NCBI GenBank assembly: GCA_963836755.1
Contig: CAWIKF010000001.1
Span: 1-64,000, forward strand
Length of the DNA: 64,000 nucleotides
Reading direction: 5' to 3'
Source of the DNA: an uncultured Verrucomicrobiae bacterium
GTDB lineage: Bacteria; Verrucomicrobiota; Verrucomicrobiia; Chthoniobacterales; Chthoniobacteraceae
Shown piece by piece: positions 10,041-19,252 of the stretch (position 1 is its first letter; each line of letters begins with the position of its first letter). The position numbers and the translations under genes are program-made. A model generated the notes under the pieces. That model worked only from the letters and a program-made list of their open reading frames with translations, was not told where the DNA came from and did not search any database.

Positions 10041-10325
10041 CTACTTCGTGCTGGCGCTATCTTCCCTGAGTTTGGTGATGAGGACCGGCGGTTGCGGCGG
10101 CTTTTTCGCTTCCGTGCGCGACATTGGCGTCACCGGGCAGCAGCAGCAGGCGAGAACGGTCTCGGCTGATGAAGCGACGCGCGGGGGTGCCGGCGGTTTC
10201 TTCAATTCACGGGGAGGTGGCACGAAGCCTTGCTCGCCAGTGCCGTCGCCGGCCAACAAAGTGCCGGTGCACAGCGTGGCCGCCAAGGCGGTGCTGACGA
10301 TTTTTTTAGTCGTGATCTTTTTCAT
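10041..10325 (-). CDS. Small signal-peptide protein with CCCC motif, Pro/Lys-rich
   Basis: MKKITTKKIVSTALAATLCTGTLLA signal, then ...SSAETVLACCCCPVTPMSRTEAKKPPQPPVLITKL; first gene of the leftward operon. Confidence 0.65.
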   Translation of the reverse strand: MKKITTKKIVSTALAATLCTGTLLAGDGTGEQGFVPPPRELKKPPAPPRVASSAETVLACCCCPVTPMSRTEAKKPPQPPVLITKLREDSASTK

Positions 10326-10456
10326 ATCTTTTCGTGGTTTTAAGTTCAAAGTCTTGCGCAACTTGTGGGTCGCTGCTATTCCTTGTGAAAGCTAGGATGC
10401 ACTTGGCCCGCTCCCAAAGCAAACAAATTATGCAGCAACCCCCGCGCTTTTTTTCA

Positions 10457-11827
10457 ATGTCGGCCACGTCGGCCGCGGCTCGCTTCTTCCGTGCAGGGTT
10501 TGTGATTTTTTCCGCGCTTTTCATCGCGTCATTTTCTTCGCTGCTGGGCAAGGGGGAGAATGGCAAAGATCTTTACGGAGCTGATGTCTACTGGAATGCG
10601 ACTCCGGATGACGTGAATAATTTGCTGAAGGGAATGAAGGAGCAGACGGATGCGAATTTCCAGATGGACATCCGAAGCCTCGATGAGGTGAGCCCGGATC
10701 CGGAAAAAAACCCGGTGCTCTTTCAATCAGGCCACTACCACTTTTCCTACTCGCCGGCGCAGCGCGCGAAGCTGCGGAAGTATCTGCTCGATGGCGGCAT
10801 GATTATTTACAACACCGGCTTGGGATCAAAGCCGTTTTACGATTCTGCCGTCCAGGAGTTGAAGCTGATTTTTCCCGAGGAACCTCTGCAAAGGCTCGCG
10901 CCGGATCATCCGATTTTTCATTCTCACTATGATCTGGATCACGTCCATTATACAAAGGGCGTGGCCGCTGCGGGCTTCCGTGGGGATGAGCCGTGGTTCG
11001 ATGGAGTCGAAATAAACTGCCGCGTGGTCGCGCTGGTCTCGCGCTTCGGAATGGCCGTCGGCTGGCAGGGTCAGGTGAAAGAAGAGTGGCAGGCTTACGA
11101 ACCGGATTCGGCCTTTAAGCTCGGCGTCAACATTCTCTCCTATGCATCAGCGTTGCGCGCATGGGCAAAGAGCGCGGCGCAATCGATGACATTCGTCGAC
11201 AAGCTGAAATCCTACTCGGACACCGTTTCGGTGGCGCAGGTAAAATACGACGGGATATGGAAAACGCGTCACGCCGGGCTTTCGGTGATGTTGCAAACTT
11301 TCAATGCCCGCACAGGCATCCCAGTCAAATTTGGTCTAAAAGAGCTGCGGCTGACGGATCCGGAAATCTTTAATTGTCCGGTGCTTTTCATTACAGGCCA
11401 TGAGGCATTCCAACTTTCAGCGGCGGAAAAAGCCGGGCTCAAAAAGTATCTCGAGAACGGCGGCATGCTCTTCGGCGAAGCGTGCTGCGGGCGCAAAGGA
11501 TTTGATATGTCGTTTCGTGAAATGATTCACTCGGTGCTGCCCGATAATCCGCTGACGCGCATTCCCGAGACTGCCACTATTTTCCAGGAGCCGAACAAAC
11601 TTTCCGCCGTCGGCGTGACGCCCGCGCTGATGCAGCAGAGCGGCCAAGCGCGGATCGCGCCGGAGTTGCTCGGCATTCAGATCAATGGAAACTACGGCGT
11701 CATCTACAGTTCGCTCGCGTTGCAAGGCGGCTGGGAAATGAGCCAGTCGCCGTTCGCGATGGGGCTCAATGACGTGAGCTCGATTCAGCTCGGCCAAAAC
11801 GTGATGATGTATTCCGTCACACATTGA
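10457..11827 (+). CDS. Tandem DUF4159-domain protein
   Basis: Two repeats: PVLFQSGHYHF...LRKYLLDGG...DHPIF and PVLFITGHEAF...LKKYLENGGMLFGEACCG. Start could be 10430 or 10457. Confidence 0.8.
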   Translation: MSATSAAARFFRAGFVIFSALFIASFSSLLGKGENGKDLYGADVYWNATPDDVNNLLKGMKEQTDANFQMDIRSLDEVSPDPEKNPVLFQSGHYHFSYSPAQRAKLRKYLLDGGMIIYNTGLGSKPFYDSAVQELKLIFPEEPLQRLAPDHPIFHSHYDLDHVHYTKGVAAAGFRGDEPWFDGVEINCRVVALVSRFGMAVGWQGQVKEEWQAYEPDSAFKLGVNILSYASALRAWAKSAAQSMTFVDKLKSYSDTVSVAQVKYDGIWKTRHAGLSVMLQTFNARTGIPVKFGLKELRLTDPEIFNCPVLFITGHEAFQLSAAEKAGLKKYLENGGMLFGEACCGRKGFDMSFREMIHSVLPDNPLTRIPETATIFQEPNKLSAVGVTPALMQQSGQARIAPELLGIQINGNYGVIYSSLALQGGWEMSQSPFAMGLNDVSSIQLGQNVMMYSVTH

Positions 11828-11835
11828 TTAACGAT

Positions 11836-12498
11836 ATGTTTCGTGTCGGTTTTTTGGCCGCGGCGCTTTGCGTAGCCCTGGTGACGGGCGCGGCGGCGGC
11901 GACTTCCAATGGCAACGATTTCGCGCTCGCTTACACTGAAGCAAAATCTCCCGGCGCAAAAAAAGCGGTGCTCGATGATGCGCAGGGGCGGCCGCATTTC
12001 TTCCGCTATTTGCAAATCATGGAAATGCAGCCAGTGACCGAAGATGGGCAATCGGGCGTGCAAATAACGGCATTCGAGCCGAGCTCATATATGGACGTGA
12101 AATTCACCATCACGATGCCGGTGTCGCTCTCTATTTTGCACGACGAACCGGTCTCGAAAGTCGGCGACGCCATTGCGGTGACGGGCAAGGTCGATGGGAT
12201 CGATTCGGCGAAAAACACGATCGTGCTCGGCCAGACGATCGTGCGGAACAAAGATCGGCTCAGCCCGGCGATGGGCAAGGAATTGCTCGGCGACGTGAAT
12301 CCCGGCGCAACTTTTTACAGCTACACCGAAGGCCCGCGGCCGGTGAGAGTCGAGTTTCGCGACCGCGATTTGCTCGCCAACCGCGATCGGGTTTTGGCGC
12401 AAGGCGGCCCAAAAGCGTGGACGGAATTTCTCGAGACAGAAATCGCCAAGCGAAAGGCGGCGCGCGCCGCGGCGGCGAAGGAGGGCGGGCAGCATTGA
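11836..12498 (+). CDS. Hypothetical exported protein (possible OB-fold)
   Basis: Signal peptide; KVGDAIAVTGKV segment; operon position. Confidence 0.65.
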   Translation: MFRVGFLAAALCVALVTGAAAATSNGNDFALAYTEAKSPGAKKAVLDDAQGRPHFFRYLQIMEMQPVTEDGQSGVQITAFEPSSYMDVKFTITMPVSLSILHDEPVSKVGDAIAVTGKVDGIDSAKNTIVLGQTIVRNKDRLSPAMGKELLGDVNPGATFYSYTEGPRPVRVEFRDRDLLANRDRVLAQGGPKAWTEFLETEIAKRKAARAAAAKEGGQH

Positions 12499-13289
12499 AG
12501 CCCGCGCGGCTGAAAGCGAGCGCAATTTTTCTGAGCCTCGTCTGTGTGATTTCGCTCGGTATCGCGGGCGCACGCGCGGCGGAGGAGGACGGGCTCATGG
12601 ATTTATGGAAGCAGCAGCTCGCGAAGCCCGACGATCATGATGCGATGATCAAAGCTTGCGCTACTTTTGCGACGGCGCATCCGGGCGATCCGCTGCTGCC
12701 AGTCGCGCGCGGATTCCAGGAGTGGCATCTGCTCCGTTCCGGCCATCGCAGCGATGTTTTGCAAATGATGGCGACGGATTTAAACGCGCCGAAAGATGCG
12801 GTCAACGATGGTGCGCGCCGGCTGGCGCAAGCGTGGCTGACGCGGGCCGATCGCGATCAAGTCGTTGCGGCTTTGCAGGCTTATTATCGCAAGCAAGTTG
12901 CGTATCCGAAAACACTGGATCAACTGCCGAAAGAGTCGCGTCCGCCGCTCGAGGATCGCTTTGGAAAGCCGTGGAATTACAAGCTCGCCGGCTTCGCGAA
13001 ACTCGCCGGTTTTGCGGATCAAAATTACTCGCTGCAAAGCGCGGTGCTCGGCGCGGCTTCGGATTTCAACAAGACGTTGCATCAGCCTTACGACTCGCCG
13101 ATCGACGCGGTGCCGGTGCAAATCCTCGCGCTTCCGGGCAGCGGCCAGGCGGTGAAATTTAATCGCGCGGGCAGCGCCTCGATCATTGGTGCCGGGCAGG
13201 GCGGCGGCGATCTTTACCTCGCTTTTGTCGGTGCAAAAATTCTCGTGGTCTGCGATTACTCGCACTGGAAAATTTTGCCACATCCCTGA
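12495..13289 (+). CDS. Hypothetical exported protein with T2SS-G-like YPxxL/DxFGxPxxY motif
   Basis: Signal-like N-terminus; ALQAYYRKQVAYPKTLDQL...EDRFGKPWNY; overlaps both neighbours at start and stop. Confidence 0.6.
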   Translation: MKPARLKASAIFLSLVCVISLGIAGARAAEEDGLMDLWKQQLAKPDDHDAMIKACATFATAHPGDPLLPVARGFQEWHLLRSGHRSDVLQMMATDLNAPKDAVNDGARRLAQAWLTRADRDQVVAALQAYYRKQVAYPKTLDQLPKESRPPLEDRFGKPWNYKLAGFAKLAGFADQNYSLQSAVLGAASDFNKTLHQPYDSPIDAVPVQILALPGSGQAVKFNRAGSASIIGAGQGGGDLYLAFVGAKILVVCDYSHWKILPHP

Positions 13290-14251
13290 TGGCCGCCCCC
13301 GCACAACCGAAGGTCAAAGTCGCCCGCGCAAAACCGCCGGAAAAAGAAGGCATCTCCGCGTATTTGAATCCTGCGGAGATGCACAAACTCGGCCGGCTTT
13401 TGCTGCTCTCGCGCTACACGGTCGAGGGAAATCTCGCGGGCGCGCATCGCAGTCCGTTGCGCGGGCCGAGCTCGGAGTTTGCCGATCATAAATCCTACGG
13501 CCAGGGCGACGAAACCAAGCACATCGACTGGCGCGTTTTTGCACGCACCGATCGCTATTTTATTAAGCGCTACGAGGACGAAACGAACCTTCGCGTTTAC
13601 ATCGCGCTCGATCGAAGCGCGTCGATGGCCTACAGCTCCGGCGGCGGAATCCCGTCAAAGTTTCAATTTGCGTGTCATCTCGCGGCGGCGATCGGATACG
13701 TGATCGTGAAGGCGCGCGATTCGGTCGGACTTTACCTCCACTCGGAAAAAGTCGATCTGCGCATGGATGCGGCGAATTCGTTTCAGCATCTCAACAACCT
13801 GTTAAAGCATGTGCAGTCGACTCCGCCCGGCGCCGGCGGTGGCTCGGGAATCGCGCAGACGCTGCACGAAATTGCCGGCTCGGTGCGGCGGCGCGCGATG
13901 GTCGTCGTGATTTCGGATTTGCTCGGCGACGAAGCGGCGATCGTCAAGGCGCTCGCGCATTTGCGCAAGCAGCGGCATGACGTGGTCGTTTTTCAGACGC
14001 TTGACCCGGCGGAGATCGATCTCTCTTTTAAAAAATCATGCGAGCTGCGCGATCTCGAAACCGGCGAGCGCCTCGCCGTGAATCCCCGCGGCCTCGCCGA
14101 CGAATATCGCCGCGTCTTCGGTGAGTTTTTGGAGAAATATAAAAAGGCGTGCGCCGGCATGAACATCGACTATCGGCTCGTGCGCACCGATCAGGCGCTC
14201 GAGTCGTTTGTCCGCGCGTATCTCGAGGAGCGGCGTCGGCTTTCGCGCTGA
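13289..14251 (+). CDS. DUF58 family vWA-like MoxR partner
   Basis: GAHRSPLRGPSSEFADHKSYGQGDE, HIDWRVFARTD, DRSASM, VISDL. Confidence 0.92.
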   Translation: MAAPAQPKVKVARAKPPEKEGISAYLNPAEMHKLGRLLLLSRYTVEGNLAGAHRSPLRGPSSEFADHKSYGQGDETKHIDWRVFARTDRYFIKRYEDETNLRVYIALDRSASMAYSSGGGIPSKFQFACHLAAAIGYVIVKARDSVGLYLHSEKVDLRMDAANSFQHLNNLLKHVQSTPPGAGGGSGIAQTLHEIAGSVRRRAMVVVISDLLGDEAAIVKALAHLRKQRHDVVVFQTLDPAEIDLSFKKSCELRDLETGERLAVNPRGLADEYRRVFGEFLEKYKKACAGMNIDYRLVRTDQALESFVRAYLEERRRLSR

Positions 14252-14260
14252 AAATCCGCC

Positions 14261-16391
14261 GTGTTTCTTTCGCCGCTTTTCCTCATCGCCGCCGGCCTCG
14301 GCGCGTCGGTGCCGCTGCTGCTGCATCTCATGCAGAACAAGCGGAAGGAGCTGCTGCCGTTTCCGACGATTCGTTTTTTAAAACTCGCGGAAAAACATTC
14401 CTCGCGAAAAATCCGGCTCGAGAATTTCCTGCTCTGGCTTTTGCGCACGCTCATCATGTTGCTGCTCGGCATGGCATTCGCGATGCCGATGATCCGCAAA
14501 AGCGGCTTCGGCTGGCTCGGCAATTCGCCACGCGACGTGGCGATCGTCCTCGACGCTTCTTACAGCATGGGCTACCACACCGGCCGCGGCAGTATTTGGG
14601 ATAGAGGCATCGAGTCCGCGACGGCGATCATCGAAGGATTGAGCGACAAGGATCGCTTTTGCATTTACCTCGCACGCGAGCAGCCAGAGGCGCTCATCGC
14701 CGAGCCGATCGCGAACAAGCAGGACGGCCTCGCTCGGCTGCGCGCGTTGCAGCCGGGAGAAACCAGTTCGCGGCTCGGGCCGGCGGTCGCGACGGCGATG
14801 AAAGCATTGTTGAAAGCCGACGCGCGCCGCGAGCGCGAGCTGCACGTCATCACCGACAACCAAGCCGTGGCGTGGCGCGACATGGCGGGCGAAAAAAACG
14901 AGATTGATCCGAAAACGGCGGTCTTCGTTTCGCTCCTCGGCGTGCCCGCACCGGAAAATGCCGGCGTCGCGTCGGTCGAGCTGCAGCCGCCTGTCGCGCG
15001 CAAAGACTCTGAGATCAAAGTTACTGCAAAAATGTTGCGCAGCGGTCCGGCCGAGGACACGACGGCCACTCTATATATAGATGACAAAGAAGTCGCGCGC
15101 CGCTCGATCAAAGCGGGCGATCCCGAAGCAGCCGCGCCAAATTTCACGCTGCCGGCTTTGCCCATCGGCGTTCACACCGCGCGCGTCCAGACTCCGGACG
15201 ACAATCTGCCGATCGACGATCCGTTTTATTTTCTCGTGCGCGTGCAGGACGAGATGCCGTCGCTGATCGTCGGCAACGAAAGCGAAACATTGTATTTGCG
15301 GACGGCGCTGCGGACCGGGATCGGCGCGGGCGCGGTCGCAACGACGACGCCCGAGCATCTCACGGACAAACCGCTCACGACTTTTTCGTGCATTTTTCTG
15401 TGCAACGCGCTGCCGCTCGCGGGCCAGGCGATCACGGCGATCGAGGATTATGTGAAGGCCGGCGGCGTGCTGGTGATTTTTCCTGGAACGGCCGCGAAGC
15501 CTGATGATTACAAGGCCTGGACGAGTTTGCCGGGCGCGCCAACCTCGATCGACGAGCTGCCGCTGGCTGAGCGAAATCGCACGCTGACTTGGGATTTGCC
15601 GCAGCATTTGCTGGTGCGCTCGCTGCGCGAAGGCGTGTCCGTGCCGGTGCTGGCGATCCGGCGTCGACTTGCGTGGGGTAAGTTAAACGAGGGCGCTGCT
15701 GAAAATTATTTCGATGGGCGCGGATCAACCGTTTTTGCTCGAGCGAGCGTTTGGCGACGGCCGTGTTTTGATGTTCGCAGTTTCGGCGGACCGGACGTGG
15801 AGCGACTTTCCGCTGTCGCCATTTTTCCTGCCGCTCGTCATACAAATCGCCGATTATGGCGCGGGCGTCGGCGCGAAATCTCCCTTCGTGTGGGCGACTG
15901 ATTCGCTCTCGCTGACCAACCGTTTTCCGGAGATGAAAGGGACTCCGATGCTGGCCACGCCTGATGGGCGACCGGTGCCGATCCGCAGCGCGGTGGTGCA
16001 GGCGAAAACGGTGTTAAACGCGGAGAACATGACCGCGCCCGGCATTTACACACTCGCGACTTCCGAGCAGCCGAACGCGATCCCGGCGATCGCCGTGAAT
16101 TTACCGCGCGAGGAATCCGATCTCACGCCGCTCGATGTGAAAGAAATTCCGAAGCGGCTCGGCATCGACAATGCAAACGTCGCGCTCGATTTGCCGACGC
16201 TGCGGCGCTTGATCGAGGAGCATCGCGTCGGCCGCACTTACGGCGAGCAACTGCTCTGGCTCGCGTTCATTTTGACGGCAGTCGAATTCATTTACGCCAA
16301 CTCGCTTTTGCGCGGCAGCAAAGCCGGAAAAGTGAGCGTCGATGCCGCGGGCCATGTCGAAACGCACGCGCCAGTCCCAGTCGAAGCATGA
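14261..16391 (+). CDS. BatA-domain/vWA membrane protein with a single frameshift near 15700
   Basis: N-terminal PLLLHL..FPTIRFL..LLWLLR (BatA), MIDAS DASYSM, ITD; continues in another frame as KIISMGADQ..WSDFPLSPFFLPL..AVNLPREESDL. Confidence 0.85.
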
Positions 16392-18595
16392 CGGTTTACG
16401 AACATACTTATCCGGTTTGGCTGCTGATTCTCACGTTGCTCGCAGCAGTGGCAGTCGGCGCGTTTTCGGTCTGGAAATTTTTGCCGCGGCGCTGGTTCAG
16501 CCTCGGAATGCTTGGCGTTTATATAGTAGTCATGCTCGGCATGGCGTGGTGCCTTTTGATGCCGGGCCACAAAAGCGCAGTCACGCAACTGCGCAAGCCG
16601 CGGTTTATCATCGCCCTCGACACTTCGCAAAGCATGACGCTGACGCCGGAAAAAGGTGTGCCGAGCCGCTGGGACACGGCCATAGCCGCACTGAAAGAGC
16701 CGTGGCTGCAATCGCTCGCGGGCGAATGCGACGTCGAGATTTATCCATTTTCGGCGGAGGTCGGCGAAAATATTCCGCTGGCAAAAGCGGAAGCGCTCAA
16801 AGCCGACGGCACTTCCACGCGGCTGCGCGACGCTTTGAAAAAAATCGCCGACCGCACCGCGGGCTTGAACGTCGCGGGCCTGCTCGTGCTCAGCGACGGC
16901 GAGGACACGCGCGAGGCGCTCGATGACTGGACCAGCACGCAGCGCTCATTTCCGATTTACACTTTGCGCCCGGAGAAACCGGGCGGCTGGCAGCAGGAAC
17001 CCGATTTGCGCATCGATCAGGTGACGACTTCGCGGCGTGTCACCGTCGGCTGGAAATCGGAGATGACCGTGAAAATTTCCGGCCAAGGGACGCGCAATGC
17101 GCCGGTGACGGTGCAGGTTTTTGAAAATGGCGAATTGAAAACCGAAAAGCCGACGCAAATTCCCGATGAAGGCGGCGAGCGCGAGCTGCAATTTGAGTTC
17201 GATCATCCGAAAATCGGCGTCTTCACTTACCGGATTTTCATTCCGCCGCTGTCCGGCGAAAAAAACAAGGAGGACAACGAATATTCCGTCAACGTCGAGG
17301 TGATGGACGCGCGCAGCCGGCTGCTTTACGCCGAAGGAATCCCGCGCTGGGAATACAAATTTTTGCACCGCACGCTGCTCTCCGAGGAGCAGATTTCGCC
17401 GGTGATTTTTTACACCGGCGCGGACGGCTCGCCGCACCCGGGCACGCCCGTCGGCAATGTCACGCCGGACATGACGCCGCAGCAACTCGCGTATTTTAAA
17501 ATCGTGATGCTTGGGAACCTTGACGCCAAGGAACTCGGCGAAACGCGCGCGAAGAATTTGGAAAAGTTTGTCGAGGATGGCGGCAGCCTCGTGTTGCTCG
17601 GCGGGCCAAAAGCGTGGACCGACGGGGGACTCGTGCAGACGGCCCTCGGTAAAACTTTACCCGTGCACGGCACCGATGTGAAACCGATGGAAAGCGGCGC
17701 GAAGCCTTATCCCGTCAAGCTTTCCGACGTGGCGCGCTCGCATCCGGCATTCGCGGGAGACGCGGCGCTGTGGCAAAATATTCCGCCGGTGCTCTCGGTT
17801 TTCACCGGCTTCACGCTCTCGCCCGGCGCGGAAACTTTGGTCACAGCCGAGACGCCGCAAGGGTCGGAGCCCGTGGTCGTGACGCAGCGATACGGGCAGG
17901 GAAAAGTGACGGCAATTTTGACCGATTCGCTTTGGCGCTGGCAGCTCGATCCGGACGCGGGCCGGACGAAACCATACGATCGTTTTTGGAAGCAAATGAT
18001 CTCGTGGCTGCTGCCGCGCGAGGAGTCGCTCGACAAAATGAAGCTCGAAGTTTTCGCAGATCGCGATCAACTTTTTCTCGGCGAGCCGCAGGAATTGCAC
18101 GCGCGTCTCGGCGGCGACAATCCGCCGAAGATCGATTCGGCCGAGGCGCGGATCACGATGCCCGACAAACGCGAAGTGCCGTATCAAATGACGCCGCAGC
18201 TCATCACGCTGCCTTCGGGTAAAAGTTTCCCAGGCGAGGCGCTGACGTTCAATGCCGAGAAGCCGGGACTCTACACCGCGGTCGCGGCGGCGAAGGTGAA
18301 AGACCAGACGATCACGAGCGAGCCATTCAGTTTTTTCGTGAAGCCGTATTCGCCCGAAACGGTGCCGCGGCCGGCGCGCGTGGAAATCCTGCAGGAACTT
18401 TCGCAAGCAACCGGCGGCCAGTTTTACGAAAACGTGGACGCGTTGAACAAAGGTTTATCGTCGTTAAAATTGCGGGCGACCGAGGAAAAAAGCGCGGAAT
18501 ATCACACGCTCTGGCGCGATTGGCCGATGGTCGCAAGCCTGATGCTGATGCTGGCCGGCTCGTGGAGTATGCGAAAAATGCGAAATATGCCGTGA
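16388..18595 (+). CDS. vWA plus class I glutamine-amidotransferase-like membrane protein
   Basis: N-terminal TM helices, DTSQSM, LSDGED, PRWEYKFL, FVEDGGSLVLLGG, YGQGKV..LWRW, LSQATGG, C-terminal TM. Confidence 0.85.
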   Translation: MTVYEHTYPVWLLILTLLAAVAVGAFSVWKFLPRRWFSLGMLGVYIVVMLGMAWCLLMPGHKSAVTQLRKPRFIIALDTSQSMTLTPEKGVPSRWDTAIAALKEPWLQSLAGECDVEIYPFSAEVGENIPLAKAEALKADGTSTRLRDALKKIADRTAGLNVAGLLVLSDGEDTREALDDWTSTQRSFPIYTLRPEKPGGWQQEPDLRIDQVTTSRRVTVGWKSEMTVKISGQGTRNAPVTVQVFENGELKTEKPTQIPDEGGERELQFEFDHPKIGVFTYRIFIPPLSGEKNKEDNEYSVNVEVMDARSRLLYAEGIPRWEYKFLHRTLLSEEQISPVIFYTGADGSPHPGTPVGNVTPDMTPQQLAYFKIVMLGNLDAKELGETRAKNLEKFVEDGGSLVLLGGPKAWTDGGLVQTALGKTLPVHGTDVKPMESGAKPYPVKLSDVARSHPAFAGDAALWQNIPPVLSVFTGFTLSPGAETLVTAETPQGSEPVVVTQRYGQGKVTAILTDSLWRWQLDPDAGRTKPYDRFWKQMISWLLPREESLDKMKLEVFADRDQLFLGEPQELHARLGGDNPPKIDSAEARITMPDKREVPYQMTPQLITLPSGKSFPGEALTFNAEKPGLYTAVAAAKVKDQTITSEPFSFFVKPYSPETVPRPARVEILQELSQATGGQFYENVDALNKGLSSLKLRATEEKSAEYHTLWRDWPMVASLMLMLAGSWSMRKMRNMP

Positions 18596-18636
18596 TTAAA
18601 TCGCGTCAATAGTCTACATTACGGGCGTTTTTCACC

Positions 18637-19242
18637 ATGCGCCTCTTTCTTTACACTCTTTTTTTCGCCGCCGCCGTTTGTTTCACGACGTCCGCGAAGT
18701 CGCAGTCGCTGATCGAAAACGGAAAGTTTAACAATCCCGGCGATCCGCTCAAAGGCTGGGTCACCGATTACGCGTGGAGCGGGAACAGCTACTACGTCGG
18801 CAACAAGGAGCATGTCTCTGTCGCGAGCGACGGTGGGCGCAGCGTGGTCAAATTTACCTCCGCAGGAACTGGCGGCGAAAAAATGGAAAGCAGTCCGTTT
18901 CCATTTGAGCCGGGCTTTAAATACATTTGCGACGTCGAGGTGAAGGGCGACTATCGGCTCTACTTTGCCGGCTACCAATGGGCGCCCGGCGTGCATCCGC
19001 ACGAGAATCCGGCGATCGGCGAGCTGCGGATGATTTATCAAAGCAAAGCGGCGACCGGCACCGCCCAATCGATGAAGCATGTGAAGTTTGAACTGCCGGG
19101 CGTTGCGCTGTCGGAATCTGCGCTCGAACACATCAAGAAAGTCCGGCTTTTGACCGTCTATTTTTTCATGCCAGGCGCTGGCGAAGTCGCAGATGTCGTG
19201 GTCACGAAAATCGCGGATCCATCAATGAATTTCCACCAATAG
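18637..19242 (+). CDS. Exported hypothetical protein, carbohydrate-binding-like beta sandwich
   Basis: Signal peptide followed by SLIENGKF..LKGW, resembling CBM4/9-like starts. Confidence 0.6.
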   Translation: MRLFLYTLFFAAAVCFTTSAKSQSLIENGKFNNPGDPLKGWVTDYAWSGNSYYVGNKEHVSVASDGGRSVVKFTSAGTGGEKMESSPFPFEPGFKYICDVEVKGDYRLYFAGYQWAPGVHPHENPAIGELRMIYQSKAATGTAQSMKHVKFELPGVALSESALEHIKKVRLLTVYFFMPGAGEVADVVVTKIADPSMNFHQ

Positions 19243-19252
19243 CGTTACACCA

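Noticed and set aside
15690..15715. Programmed frameshift or pseudogene in the BatA/vWA gene
   Set aside because: One extra base restores a continuous protein, there is no slippery heptamer, and similar indels elsewhere suggest sequencing error.
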